Source of the DNA: Candidatus Brocadiia bacterium
GTDB taxonomy: Bacteria; Planctomycetota; Brocadiia; SM23-32
NCBI GenBank assembly: GCA_046538485.1
Contig: JBKHIT010000011.1
Coordinates: forward strand, 1-64,000
Length of the DNA: 64,000 nucleotides
Reading direction: 5' to 3'
Below, piece by piece: positions 39,131 to 48,360 of this stretch. The position numbers were made by a program, and so were the translations under genes. Every line of letters begins with the position of its first letter. Positions within the stretch are counted from its first letter, which is position 1. The notes beneath the pieces are model-generated. The model was not told where the DNA came from. It saw only the letters and a list, made by a program, of their open reading frames with translations, and ran no database searches.

Positions 39131-40237
39131 CTACCTCTCCGCAATTCCCAGTATATCTCCGATCGGGCCAGCGAGATTTTGCGCCATACGCATGAAACCA
39201 AGATCATTGGGGTGGGCTCCATCCACCGTGCATTCGTCCGCATCCTGACCGAGAAGGTCTGATCCGTCCACAAAATGCACATTCTCGTCCCCTTTTTCGC
39301 GAAGGTCTCTCACCAATTTGGCCTGCATCGCCCGGTTGCGCTGAGCGGATTCGCGGGCCTCCAGATGAGTAAATTCCCCGGCGTACGTTATGCGCGATAG
39401 CACCAAAATAGGCGTGTTTTGGTTGTCCTTCCGCAGAATACTTATGGCCTCAGGCAAAGTCCTTTCATACGTATCGAAATTGACGCTGTTGGCTTCATAA
39501 TCGAGGACAAAAAGCGCCGGAGATGGGATGCGAGCCGTTGCCTCGATGACCTCCGGGTCACCTCGGCCGTTTCTGGAAAACCCAAGGTTGATGAATTCCA
39601 TATTGAGCATTCGGCTTAGAATATTTGTGTACGCCATCCCGGGCCGTGAAGCGCACCCACCCTGGGTGATTGACGTCCCATATACCACGATTCTGCCATC
39701 TTCTGTCCGGGGAAGCGGGGCCTGTACATGCGACTCCGGCGCCAGACCGATCCTCACCTGTTTCACTCCCTGATACAGAGGAAAATTGAGCGTAAAATTT
39801 CGCATCTCCCTTTCCGGATGCTTGAAAAGAAGAACTTCGTACGATAGCTCAGTGTGGTCAAATTTGGCGGTATTATGGAACCGCTGGTTGAACGGTGCGC
39901 CCGTATAAAGGTCGAATCCACACTGCCCCGTCGCTGGCATATGACACATACCGGCCGGGCCCGCGAGTTCCACACTGATAGCGATTTCTGAAGTGTCCGA
40001 GCGGAACGAAACCTGTCCACCCGCCGTGCAATCGGCGAGATTGTCCACCGCCTCGCGAAATTTATCTGCGGAATTAACCGGCAAACGACGGAAAAGGCCA
40101 TTATCATCGTACCAGGGGAAGCCGCTCAGGCGAAATGGTTTTTCGTCAGGCGTCAACCACGCCAGTTCTTTGTCCGTACCGGCAAGCGGTGCTGTGTGTT
40201 CGGTAAGATCGGATATTTTTCGAGGTTCTTCGGCCAT
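39131..40237 (-). CDS. SGNH/GDSL esterase with GxDLY N-terminal domain
   Basis: GFDLY, YGTSITQG, NLGFSRNG, DGAHP. Confidence 0.9.
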   Translation of the reverse strand: MAEEPRKISDLTEHTAPLAGTDKELAWLTPDEKPFRLSGFPWYDDNGLFRRLPVNSADKFREAVDNLADCTAGGQVSFRSDTSEIAISVELAGPAGMCHMPATGQCGFDLYTGAPFNQRFHNTAKFDHTELSYEVLLFKHPEREMRNFTLNFPLYQGVKQVRIGLAPESHVQAPLPRTEDGRIVVYGTSITQGGCASRPGMAYTNILSRMLNMEFINLGFSRNGRGDPEVIEATARIPSPALFVLDYEANSVNFDTYERTLPEAISILRKDNQNTPILVLSRITYAGEFTHLEARESAQRNRAMQAKLVRDLREKGDENVHFVDGSDLLGQDADECTVDGAHPNDLGFMRMAQNLAGPIGDILGIAER

Positions 40238-40423
40238 AACGTTATCTCCGATTGTCTGAGGAACTCATTCTCAAGAAGTTCAGAACACATGCGCTGACTC
40301 AGGCCTTATCCTGGAGGCACCGCGGAACCGGGCTTCTATTACAAAACGGATTGGAAATAGAATTTATACTGATTTCTATCATACAAACCGAATCTGGCGC
40401 GTTTTCGATCTCCTGTCCTGCTT

Positions 40424-41971
40424 TTAGCCAGCCAGAGGCTCGGGGGGTTCAATCCCTGCGTCCACGTAGATTACGGTCAGGGGAGGTCCCTGATCGAGAC
40501 AAATTTCAACGGTGTTTTCTCCATCTCGCACGAGCGGGGCTGGCAGAATCCAGGCTCGACGGTTGCTTTTGGGGCTGATCATCCCGTCGAACGGATTGCC
40601 AAAAAGCCGCGAAATGTTGTCCGACCGCTCGAGCGTCTCACCATTGATCAAGACCGTGAGTTTGCTATCCGGGGAAAGCGGCTCCCGAGTGTGAACGCGA
40701 AGTCGCCCGTCCGACGTCACTGAATCTTGCTCCAGCATATCCAGGGTTACGGTTACCGGATCGGTTTCGGTCAAATCATGCGGCAATTGGCGGTCGTAGG
40801 AGCAGGTTCCCGCCATGTAGTATTGCGGCTGGCGCGCCAGGAAAGCCGGATCTCGCAGCTGCGGCAGCACGTGAAACGGCGGTTCCATAACGGGTACGTC
40901 GGGATGATGTCCGCTGCGGTAATAAGCGAAATTGAAAAGACTGACGCCATCCGCACCGCGTTCGTAGGCCAGCCGCGCGGTGGTGTAAAACTGCTCGGGA
41001 CTGGTCCTCGGATCACCATCGCAACCGTAGTTTGGGTTCTGAATGAAATGCGGATATCGGCTGGTCGAATGTGTCATTTCCACATACAGAGCGGCGTCAG
41101 GAACAAGTTCCCGCACTCGGCCAACGTCCGTTCGCTGGGTCGTATGATACCACCCGGAGAGGTTGAACATATCCACGCCGGCCTCATGCAACCTCTGGAC
41201 ATCCAGACCGCTCTGTGCATGGTGATCGATGCGGCACGGAATCCTCACCCCCAGATATCGTTGTTTCCGGCCGACCGTGTTCTGATCGAGAATCTGCCGC
41301 ACATTCTGTGCAAAACATGAGATAATCTCGATACGTTCCGTTTCGTCGGGTCCATCGGGATGGAAAAGGACATCATCGCGCAGAAAATCCAGTTCGATGC
41401 CGGCCAGGTCGTAGTTCTCGGCAAGTTCCTGAAGAAGATTGAGTTTGTATTGACGCACTTCCGGAACCGCCCAATCCATGCCACGTTGTTTATAGTAGCC
41501 CGATTTCTCCGGATGGTTCCGGTCGATATGCCATTCGGGGTGTTCGACGTAGAACCGACAGGAAACCAGCGACCGCTTGTTTTTCTGGACATAATTATCC
41601 TGATGATGGACATCGTTCATACGGAGCGAGACGAACGGCGCCATCCCGTAGCGGCGGCAGGTATCGACAAGCACCTGCACCATGTCGCCGCCCTGGTAGA
41701 TGTAGCGGTCATAGCCGGTCACGGGCAGGCCCGTGCGTTCCTGCCACCAGTCGTAGAAGTCCGGTTCAACATCGCTCTGCCACCAGGGGACCCAGCCCAT
41801 GCCCGGACTCAGCAGGTAGCAGTCGACGCCTTTATCGGCCACTTCCTCGATGGAGGCTACAAGCATCTCTTCCCGGAATGGTTCGCCCTTCTCGTGCCAG
41901 GGGCTAACGCAACCGACGGTGTTCGTGTTATCATTGTTGTACAAAAGTCTGTAGGGCGCTTTGGCTTTCAT
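40424..41971 (-). CDS. Glycoside-hydrolase-like TIM-barrel protein (GHL10-like)
   Basis: LYNND, SLRMNDVH, ELAENYDLAGIELDFLR, GADGVSLFNF. Confidence 0.7.
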   Translation of the reverse strand: MKAKAPYRLLYNNDNTNTVGCVSPWHEKGEPFREEMLVASIEEVADKGVDCYLLSPGMGWVPWWQSDVEPDFYDWWQERTGLPVTGYDRYIYQGGDMVQVLVDTCRRYGMAPFVSLRMNDVHHQDNYVQKNKRSLVSCRFYVEHPEWHIDRNHPEKSGYYKQRGMDWAVPEVRQYKLNLLQELAENYDLAGIELDFLRDDVLFHPDGPDETERIEIISCFAQNVRQILDQNTVGRKQRYLGVRIPCRIDHHAQSGLDVQRLHEAGVDMFNLSGWYHTTQRTDVGRVRELVPDAALYVEMTHSTSRYPHFIQNPNYGCDGDPRTSPEQFYTTARLAYERGADGVSLFNFAYYRSGHHPDVPVMEPPFHVLPQLRDPAFLARQPQYYMAGTCSYDRQLPHDLTETDPVTVTLDMLEQDSVTSDGRLRVHTREPLSPDSKLTVLINGETLERSDNISRLFGNPFDGMISPKSNRRAWILPAPLVRDGENTVEICLDQGPPLTVIYVDAGIEPPEPLAG

Positions 41972-41995
41972 CTTGCCTTCCTCAGTAATTCTTTT

Positions 41996-43618
41996 TTATG
42001 GCCCTCGCTGATTTTCGTGTTCATAAATCGTGTTCATATCCCACACATTGAGCGATAGCAATCTGGCGTCTCGGCCCTGCGCCCGCAGGGAGACCCCGGC
42101 GCTGTCCTCTCGCTCCGGATATACCCGCACTGCCAGACATTGACGATCGTTCACAAATGCTTCCACAACACTCCGGTCAACAAAAACGCGCAGCTGTAAC
42201 GGTTCATCATCATCCACCAGCACCTCGGCCGTCTCCGGGCCGCGGGGCGTGACATCCGGGTGCAAAGAAGAGCGCGCCGAATCAATGGTAATCAGGCTGT
42301 AATGCCGAGCGGGCGGATCGAACCGTCCGCTGTGGCGCATGCCTCGTTTGTGATAAAAGACGATTCGCGTATATTCCCCGCGATCAGGGGACCGCAAAAC
42401 ATTGAATTCGAGCGCCGGCACGCCATTATGCTCAAGTTCGGCCTTGATCTCCATGGATTTACCCTCTATTTCATCGAGGACAACTTCCTTGTTTGCCGGA
42501 AGCGGCATGGCGTCGATTTGCCGATGGTTCGTGCGCAATGAGGCAATATCGCCGGCGGGCTCAATACGGAGTTGTTCCTTACCCACCAGCCTTAATCGAC
42601 GCGGTAGCGTCATAATCTGGTTCCATCCCTCGGTCGGTTTGCCCGGATTCATGTTGAAAATGACAATCACATCATCATTTTCGGGCGTGGCCGATGGGGC
42701 GTGAACTCCGGATGGTGTGGACGGACCGAAATTGAACTTTCCGTGCGCCGTGGCCATAAATTTCTCATGTTGCGTATCGTAATCGCCCAGCAGATACTGT
42801 CCTCCGCTCATGTGACTGAAGAACAGCAGGATATGACGGTTTCCGATGGGCCAGAAATAGGGACACGCCCCGTCATCGCCCGCCAGCGTGAAACGATCCG
42901 CCTCGACGAACGGGTGGAGATACTCCCAATTGACAAGATCATCCGACCGGAACAGGAAATCTGCCCTGTACTCTTTGTCGCCGACCCCCGGTTTTGTCCC
43001 GTTGGATAGTGCATAATACCTTCCCTCCTGCCGCCAGATACACGGGTCGTGCACGCGATATGGCAGCGGTGTGCCATCGGGTGCGCTTCGGCGGTCCTCT
43101 TCGGTATCGCCCGCTGCCATCGGGATGACGGGTCCGCCGGTGAGTTTGGTCCAGTTCAGAAGCAGCGGGTCATGCGCGACCGCCACCATATTGCCGGCGC
43201 GTGTGCCGTGGTACATGGCGATCACCCGGTCCTCCTCCACAAATGTGGATCCGGAGAAACACCTATCTTCGGGCCCGGGTGCGATCGCATACGGGAGATC
43301 TTGCCAATGCACCAGGTCGTCGCTGACCGCGTGGCCCCAGTGTTGCCGCGGATCTTCGGGGGGATACCCCTGGTAGAACAGGTGCCATCGTCCCTGCCAG
43401 AAGCACAAGCCATTCGGATCGTTCATTGTGCTCTCGGGGCTGACGAAATGATAATGGGGACGGTAAGGATCGTCGGCCATTTTGCGTCGCGATTCCGCGA
43501 ACCTGTGCATGAGAGGGAGTTCTTCCAGTTCCCTCTTCTGTTCCGCCAGAGAATCGCTTAATTCAGGGGGGTGGATTATGGACGTTTCGGGTGCTTCGGC
43601 ATGATCGTTTTCGGTCAT
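41996..43618 (-). CDS. GH32-family glycoside hydrolase-like protein
   Basis: RPHYHF, MNDPNG, WHLFYQ, WGHAVSDDLVHW, FSGS and C-terminal FVDRSVVEAF beta-sandwich. Confidence 0.9.
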   Translation of the reverse strand: MTENDHAEAPETSIIHPPELSDSLAEQKRELEELPLMHRFAESRRKMADDPYRPHYHFVSPESTMNDPNGLCFWQGRWHLFYQGYPPEDPRQHWGHAVSDDLVHWQDLPYAIAPGPEDRCFSGSTFVEEDRVIAMYHGTRAGNMVAVAHDPLLLNWTKLTGGPVIPMAAGDTEEDRRSAPDGTPLPYRVHDPCIWRQEGRYYALSNGTKPGVGDKEYRADFLFRSDDLVNWEYLHPFVEADRFTLAGDDGACPYFWPIGNRHILLFFSHMSGGQYLLGDYDTQHEKFMATAHGKFNFGPSTPSGVHAPSATPENDDVIVIFNMNPGKPTEGWNQIMTLPRRLRLVGKEQLRIEPAGDIASLRTNHRQIDAMPLPANKEVVLDEIEGKSMEIKAELEHNGVPALEFNVLRSPDRGEYTRIVFYHKRGMRHSGRFDPPARHYSLITIDSARSSLHPDVTPRGPETAEVLVDDDEPLQLRVFVDRSVVEAFVNDRQCLAVRVYPEREDSAGVSLRAQGRDARLLSLNVWDMNTIYEHENQRGP

Positions 43619-43734
43619 CCTGCAGTTCCTGACTATTTGCAACCAGAGGGCGTCATTGTATGATAATTGTCGTTATATCATTATGAAATACTCGTCGTAT
43701 TGCAAAAACCGATCCCATAAAGGAGTGAAGAACC

Positions 43735-46700
43735 ATGCGCATGCCAGCACTCGTGAGTCTTGCCGTTATAGCTCTTCTCACTTTTGCCTCGCCGCTGCGC
43801 GCCAATGTGCAGATTGCCAGAAAGGGAAAACCAGTCGTAACCATCGTACACAACGGGCAGGAGGCCATCGCCAGTGACCTCGCGGGGTATCTGAAAAAAA
43901 TAACCGGGGCAGAAATCCCTCAAGTGGCAAAAACTACCCCGGATACCAGGAACAAAAACCTGATTTTCTTGCAAATTGTCGGCGACCTGCCCGGCACAAC
44001 GGATGGACGGACCGCCGACCAGGCGTATCGACTGCGCACCGAGAACAACCGGCTCACGATTATAGCTCAAACGGAACTCGGGCTGAAATATGCCGTCTAC
44101 GGTCTCCTGCAGGATCACCTCGGGGTCACGTTCTGTACTCCCGGCTATACACATATTCCGCAAAAACCAACGCTTACTGTCCCCGACCTCGACGAACTGC
44201 AAGAGCCGGCGTTTTTTCTGCGTAATTTCTTTCTGCGCCGTAATAAACCCGGATCTCCCGTCGCCAATTATGCGCTGCACAACCGCCATTATTTGCCGAA
44301 CGGTGACGACATATCGAGCCATCATTCATTCCGCGGCTACGGCGTGGGGAAAAACTGTCCCCTGGATGAAGAGTTCCAGAAAAAGTTCGGCGAGGAGCTC
44401 AAAAAGAAATTCGCCAAACGAGATGCCCATGCAAAACCGCTGAGGGTCGGACAGATGGACGGCCCGTTCTATGCCGATTGCGAGGAAGCCAAAGATCTCG
44501 CCAGAAAAGAGGGATCCTGGGCCGCTCCCATGCTGCGAATGCTCAACGGTGTCCTCGACCGTGCCGGGGAAGAATACCCGAATCACCAGATTATCACTTT
44601 TGCCTATTTCAACACACTTGAGGTTCCCGAAACCGTCAAACCCCACAAAAACCTCTGGATAAACGTTGTTTCGAGCAGTTACTCCGCCAACGCCGCCGGC
44701 GATCAGCTCAATCCTATCCGCAACAACCCCGCGAATTTTGCATACGATAAGGCTCTCCGCGAATGGCCACAGGTCGCCGAGGCGCCGGTGGTCACCTGGG
44801 AATGGGGACAGAACTACAACGCACGCAAATACGAATGGCCCAACCTGTGGTCGGAGATCGATAATATCCGCCTCTGGGCTGAATACGAAGTCGAGGGAGC
44901 CCAGTACCAGCACAACAACGTGACCGGCATCAGCTGGGGCGGACTCAAACACTGGGTCTGGGCTCAAATCATGTGGGATCCGGATCAGAACGAGGATGAA
45001 CTGATAAACCGTTTCCTGCGCGATTTTTACGGCGCAAAAGCCGCCCCGATTATCAGAGAGTATATCGATACGGCCGATAAACTCCGCCAGGACAGCGGTT
45101 ACATCACCAGTGTCGTCCGCTGGTCCTCATGGCCGCTGATGCTGCGGCAAAAATTCTTGACACCGGACAGGCTGAACAGACTCGACAAGATTCTGAAACG
45201 AGCATACGAGGCTGCCAGAGAGCAAAACGATCCGATTTTCGCCAAACGCATCGCCGAGGCCCGGGCAAAATCGGTGGATATGCCCATTATTGACACCGTG
45301 CGTCAGCAGGTCGGTTTCGGATTGGCCCGGGACCCGGACGACAACAGCCTCTGGTACGTGCCGGGCGGACGGGAGGATATGCCCGGGCGGATTAAGCGAG
45401 TGGTGAGCATTACCCACGGCCACAACTGGCAGAAAAGAATCGTCTGGCTTCACAAAAAAGCCGGAGGGCGCGTGCGCACGGTCAAGGCGGGCGATCTCGT
45501 CGCCCAAATCGTCGCCAAAATGGACGGTCGTGTCATCAGTATCAAACACGCGCCGACAGACACCGAACTGCTCGCCGGGCGAGCCTACGAAGACAAAATG
45601 CACGTCCGCGAGACGCTCTGGAATACGGAGAGGGCAACGGACACAAAAGTTGAGACAAGTGCCAAAGAATCCAAAAGTTACTGGGGCTTTTCCGTCAAAG
45701 GAATTGTTAATCGCACCGTGGAAGGCATCTCCGATGACAATACGTTTCGCATCGTCCGCACCGGCAATCCAATGAAACCTCTGGACTCACTGTGGGCTAT
45801 TATAGCTCCGCAGCCGGCTGTTGCCGGATTGACGGTGCAGACCACAGGGGTCAAAGAAACCATGGAGGGGGCTAAACTAACCGGCCGAGACGAGGCTTCC
45901 ACAATTGATCTGGAAAATGCAAAGGGGAAGCTGGTTATTGAGGTCGACCGGGGTGATGGACTGATCGCTCGGATCGAAACCGATGCGGCCGGCTGGAAAG
46001 CGCTCAAAGTGCTGCCGGAACCCACTTACACCGGGGAAAAATTCGACACCAGCTGGCGCGGGGATCCGCAGATGATTCCGGGAGCATCATCGGCCGACGT
46101 CACGTCGCACTACCAGTGGCGGCGCCAAAAATCATGGCCGAACAGCATAGAAATCTGGCCCGCCGACGAAACACCAAGAGTCCGGTTGCAACTGATCGGC
46201 AAAAAAGGGAAAGGCAAAGAAGCCGTATTACCCGCGCAGCGATTCTCGGTTCGGACAGATGGCGAAAAACGCGCTGCAGAGGCGGGGAAAACGGAAAAGG
46301 ACGAGCCGGATCAGGCGAAGCCAGTCGCCCTGAAAATGACCGGCGACGGCACAGCAATCAACCCGCGCGATGGGGCAGAACTTGTCCGGGTGCGGCCCGG
46401 AAAGTTCACGCGCGGCGATGCCAGGGCCTACGGCGACGCCCAACCCGCCCGCAAAATTTCTCTCGACGGATACTGGATTTACAAAAAACCTGTCATTATT
46501 CGCCAGTACCGCAAATTCATAAAAGCGACCGGACGGGACGATAAAATTAAGATTCCCGGCTGGCCGCACAAAGTCGCGAAACCCATGGAGGAAGAGGAAG
46601 GTGCCTATCCTGTCCTGCGGAACTGGTACGACGCCCAGGCCTACGCGCAATGGGCCGGCGGTTCCCTGCCGACCGAGGCTCAGTGGGAAAAGGCCGCCCG

Positions 46701-47097
46701 GGGCACTGAAGGCCGCATGTATCCCTGGGGCGATAAATGGGATGCCACGAAAGTGCCGGAACACGACTACGACGAACGACCGCTCGATATCGGCATGGTG
46801 CCGGCGGGTAGCTATCCCGATAGTGCCAGCCCGTACGGCGCACTCGATATGGCCGGCAACGTCTGGGAATGGGTCGGCGACTGGTATGCGCCGAATTACT
46901 ACAAGAACTCGCCCGAACGGGATCCGCGCGGCCCAGGCAGCGGAGTGTGCAAAATCCTCCGCGGCGGCGATGTCCACTGGGATCGCCGCATGCTGCGCAG
47001 CACCTATCGCCTCCCACAACCACCGCATGTGGATAACTGGGTCATGACCGGTTTCCGGGTGGTGATCGATGCCGACGAAAACGGAAAAATGCGGTAA
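43735..47097 (+). CDS. Secreted DUF4838-like protein fused to a C-terminal FGE-sulfatase (SUMF1-like) domain
   Basis: Signal peptide; GLKYAVYGLLQDHLGV N-domain; FAY...P and WDPDQ...FLRDFYGAKAA; C-terminal LPTEAQWEKAARG, DMAGNVWEW, GFRVV. Confidence 0.85.
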   Translation: MRMPALVSLAVIALLTFASPLRANVQIARKGKPVVTIVHNGQEAIASDLAGYLKKITGAEIPQVAKTTPDTRNKNLIFLQIVGDLPGTTDGRTADQAYRLRTENNRLTIIAQTELGLKYAVYGLLQDHLGVTFCTPGYTHIPQKPTLTVPDLDELQEPAFFLRNFFLRRNKPGSPVANYALHNRHYLPNGDDISSHHSFRGYGVGKNCPLDEEFQKKFGEELKKKFAKRDAHAKPLRVGQMDGPFYADCEEAKDLARKEGSWAAPMLRMLNGVLDRAGEEYPNHQIITFAYFNTLEVPETVKPHKNLWINVVSSSYSANAAGDQLNPIRNNPANFAYDKALREWPQVAEAPVVTWEWGQNYNARKYEWPNLWSEIDNIRLWAEYEVEGAQYQHNNVTGISWGGLKHWVWAQIMWDPDQNEDELINRFLRDFYGAKAAPIIREYIDTADKLRQDSGYITSVVRWSSWPLMLRQKFLTPDRLNRLDKILKRAYEAAREQNDPIFAKRIAEARAKSVDMPIIDTVRQQVGFGLARDPDDNSLWYVPGGREDMPGRIKRVVSITHGHNWQKRIVWLHKKAGGRVRTVKAGDLVAQIVAKMDGRVISIKHAPTDTELLAGRAYEDKMHVRETLWNTERATDTKVETSAKESKSYWGFSVKGIVNRTVEGISDDNTFRIVRTGNPMKPLDSLWAIIAPQPAVAGLTVQTTGVKETMEGAKLTGRDEASTIDLENAKGKLVIEVDRGDGLIARIETDAAGWKALKVLPEPTYTGEKFDTSWRGDPQMIPGASSADVTSHYQWRRQKSWPNSIEIWPADETPRVRLQLIGKKGKGKEAVLPAQRFSVRTDGEKRAAEAGKTEKDEPDQAKPVALKMTGDGTAINPRDGAELVRVRPGKFTRGDARAYGDAQPARKISLDGYWIYKKPVIIRQYRKFIKATGRDDKIKIPGWPHKVAKPMEEEEGAYPVLRNWYDAQAYAQWAGGSLPTEAQWEKAARGTEGRMYPWGDKWDATKVPEHDYDERPLDIGMVPAGSYPDSASPYGALDMAGNVWEWVGDWYAPNYYKNSPERDPRGPGSGVCKILRGGDVHWDRRMLRSTYRLPQPPHVDNWVMTGFRVVIDADENGKMR

Positions 47098-47266
47098 TTC
47101 CTTGGCTCGCTAACTGAATTGTTGTCGGCGAGAACGGCAGACGATGTGGAAGGACAGGGTAGAAAGACGATGTAGAGCCTTTTGACTCCCTTGTCGTTCC
47201 ACATTATTTTCCTGTCCGGCATGAATCCGATTCTCTTTCGACTTTTCCAGTGAGGAATGGATAAGT

Positions 47267-48286
47267 ATGAGTGACAAGAAGGCCGTCGTGTACAAAGGTT
47301 ATCCGCCGGACCACTGCTGCGTTGGCAGCAACGTGCAAATACTTCCCAATGGTGAATTCGCAGCTTTTTTTGTGACCGGCGGGCCAAGGGAACCGGATGT
47401 GAACAATTACATTGCGATGTGCCGTTCCACCGAGCCCGGACTCGCCTGGTCAAGCCCCCCTGAAACCGTACTCAAATTACAGGACCGTGCATGCCTGTGT
47501 TCTGGAATTTACGTGGACGGTGGCAGTATCGTCATTCATGCCCTTACCCACGATGGCAGTTGGGGGAAATGGCGCAATTATACCGTTGAAAGCCACGACA
47601 ACGCCCATTCGTGGAGCGAACCGGAGCTGTTCACGCCATCGCCGAGGCGCACATTTATTCGCAACCGTTACGTCGCTACATGGGGGGAATGGTTTCTGCC
47701 GCTCCAAAGCGCATATGATGTTGAAGATTGGACCGACATTCCTAATGCTGATGGTTCTTTCCGGCCCCCGGTCAATGGGGTGCTGATCAGCTCCGATAAT
47801 GGACAAACCTGGACGGCTTCTGAGATTATCTCGGGGGCCAATCGTTTCGCTGAAAACAACGTCGTGGAACTGTCCGACGGGAGCATGGTCATGCTGATCC
47901 GTTCCGATGGAGCCGGTTGCCTGCTTCGGTCGGACTCGAAGGACCGCGGACGCACCTGGAGCGACCCACGGCGCACCGACATCCCGAATCCCGGCAGCAA
48001 ATTTCGTTTGTTCCGGTTGAAAGATCGGCGAATCCTGCTCGTGCACAATCCCAACCCGGCCACCTCGCATCCCAACTCCGAGCCACAGAAGCAGTGTCAG
48101 CGCAACCCGCTCTCTATCTGGATATCCGACGATGATATGGAGAGCTGGGGATACAAGCGGGATCTAACCGACTTTCCGGGTATGCTTGCCTATCCCGACG
48201 GTGTGGTCGACGAGGCAAACAATACCCTCCATATGGCTTTCGACTACAACCGGCACGATGTTATCTACTGGGGAGCAAAACTGTAA
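47267..48286 (+). CDS. BNR/Asp-box sialidase-like protein
   Basis: Asp boxes SHDNAHSW, SSDNGQTW, SKDRGRTW, SDDDMESW; RNPL; AYP. Confidence 0.85.
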   Translation: MSDKKAVVYKGYPPDHCCVGSNVQILPNGEFAAFFVTGGPREPDVNNYIAMCRSTEPGLAWSSPPETVLKLQDRACLCSGIYVDGGSIVIHALTHDGSWGKWRNYTVESHDNAHSWSEPELFTPSPRRTFIRNRYVATWGEWFLPLQSAYDVEDWTDIPNADGSFRPPVNGVLISSDNGQTWTASEIISGANRFAENNVVELSDGSMVMLIRSDGAGCLLRSDSKDRGRTWSDPRRTDIPNPGSKFRLFRLKDRRILLVHNPNPATSHPNSEPQKQCQRNPLSIWISDDDMESWGYKRDLTDFPGMLAYPDGVVDEANNTLHMAFDYNRHDVIYWGAKL

Positions 48287-48360
48287 TCGTTTGTTTTTTA
48301 ACACCAACAGGTTTCGTGAAACTTTTGAGGTGATCTTGCTGTTTGAAAGGATAAAAAGTA

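Noticed and set aside
46900..47097. DGR variable region in the C-terminal FGE/CLec-fold domain
   Set aside because: No template repeat or reverse transcriptase seen in the window.
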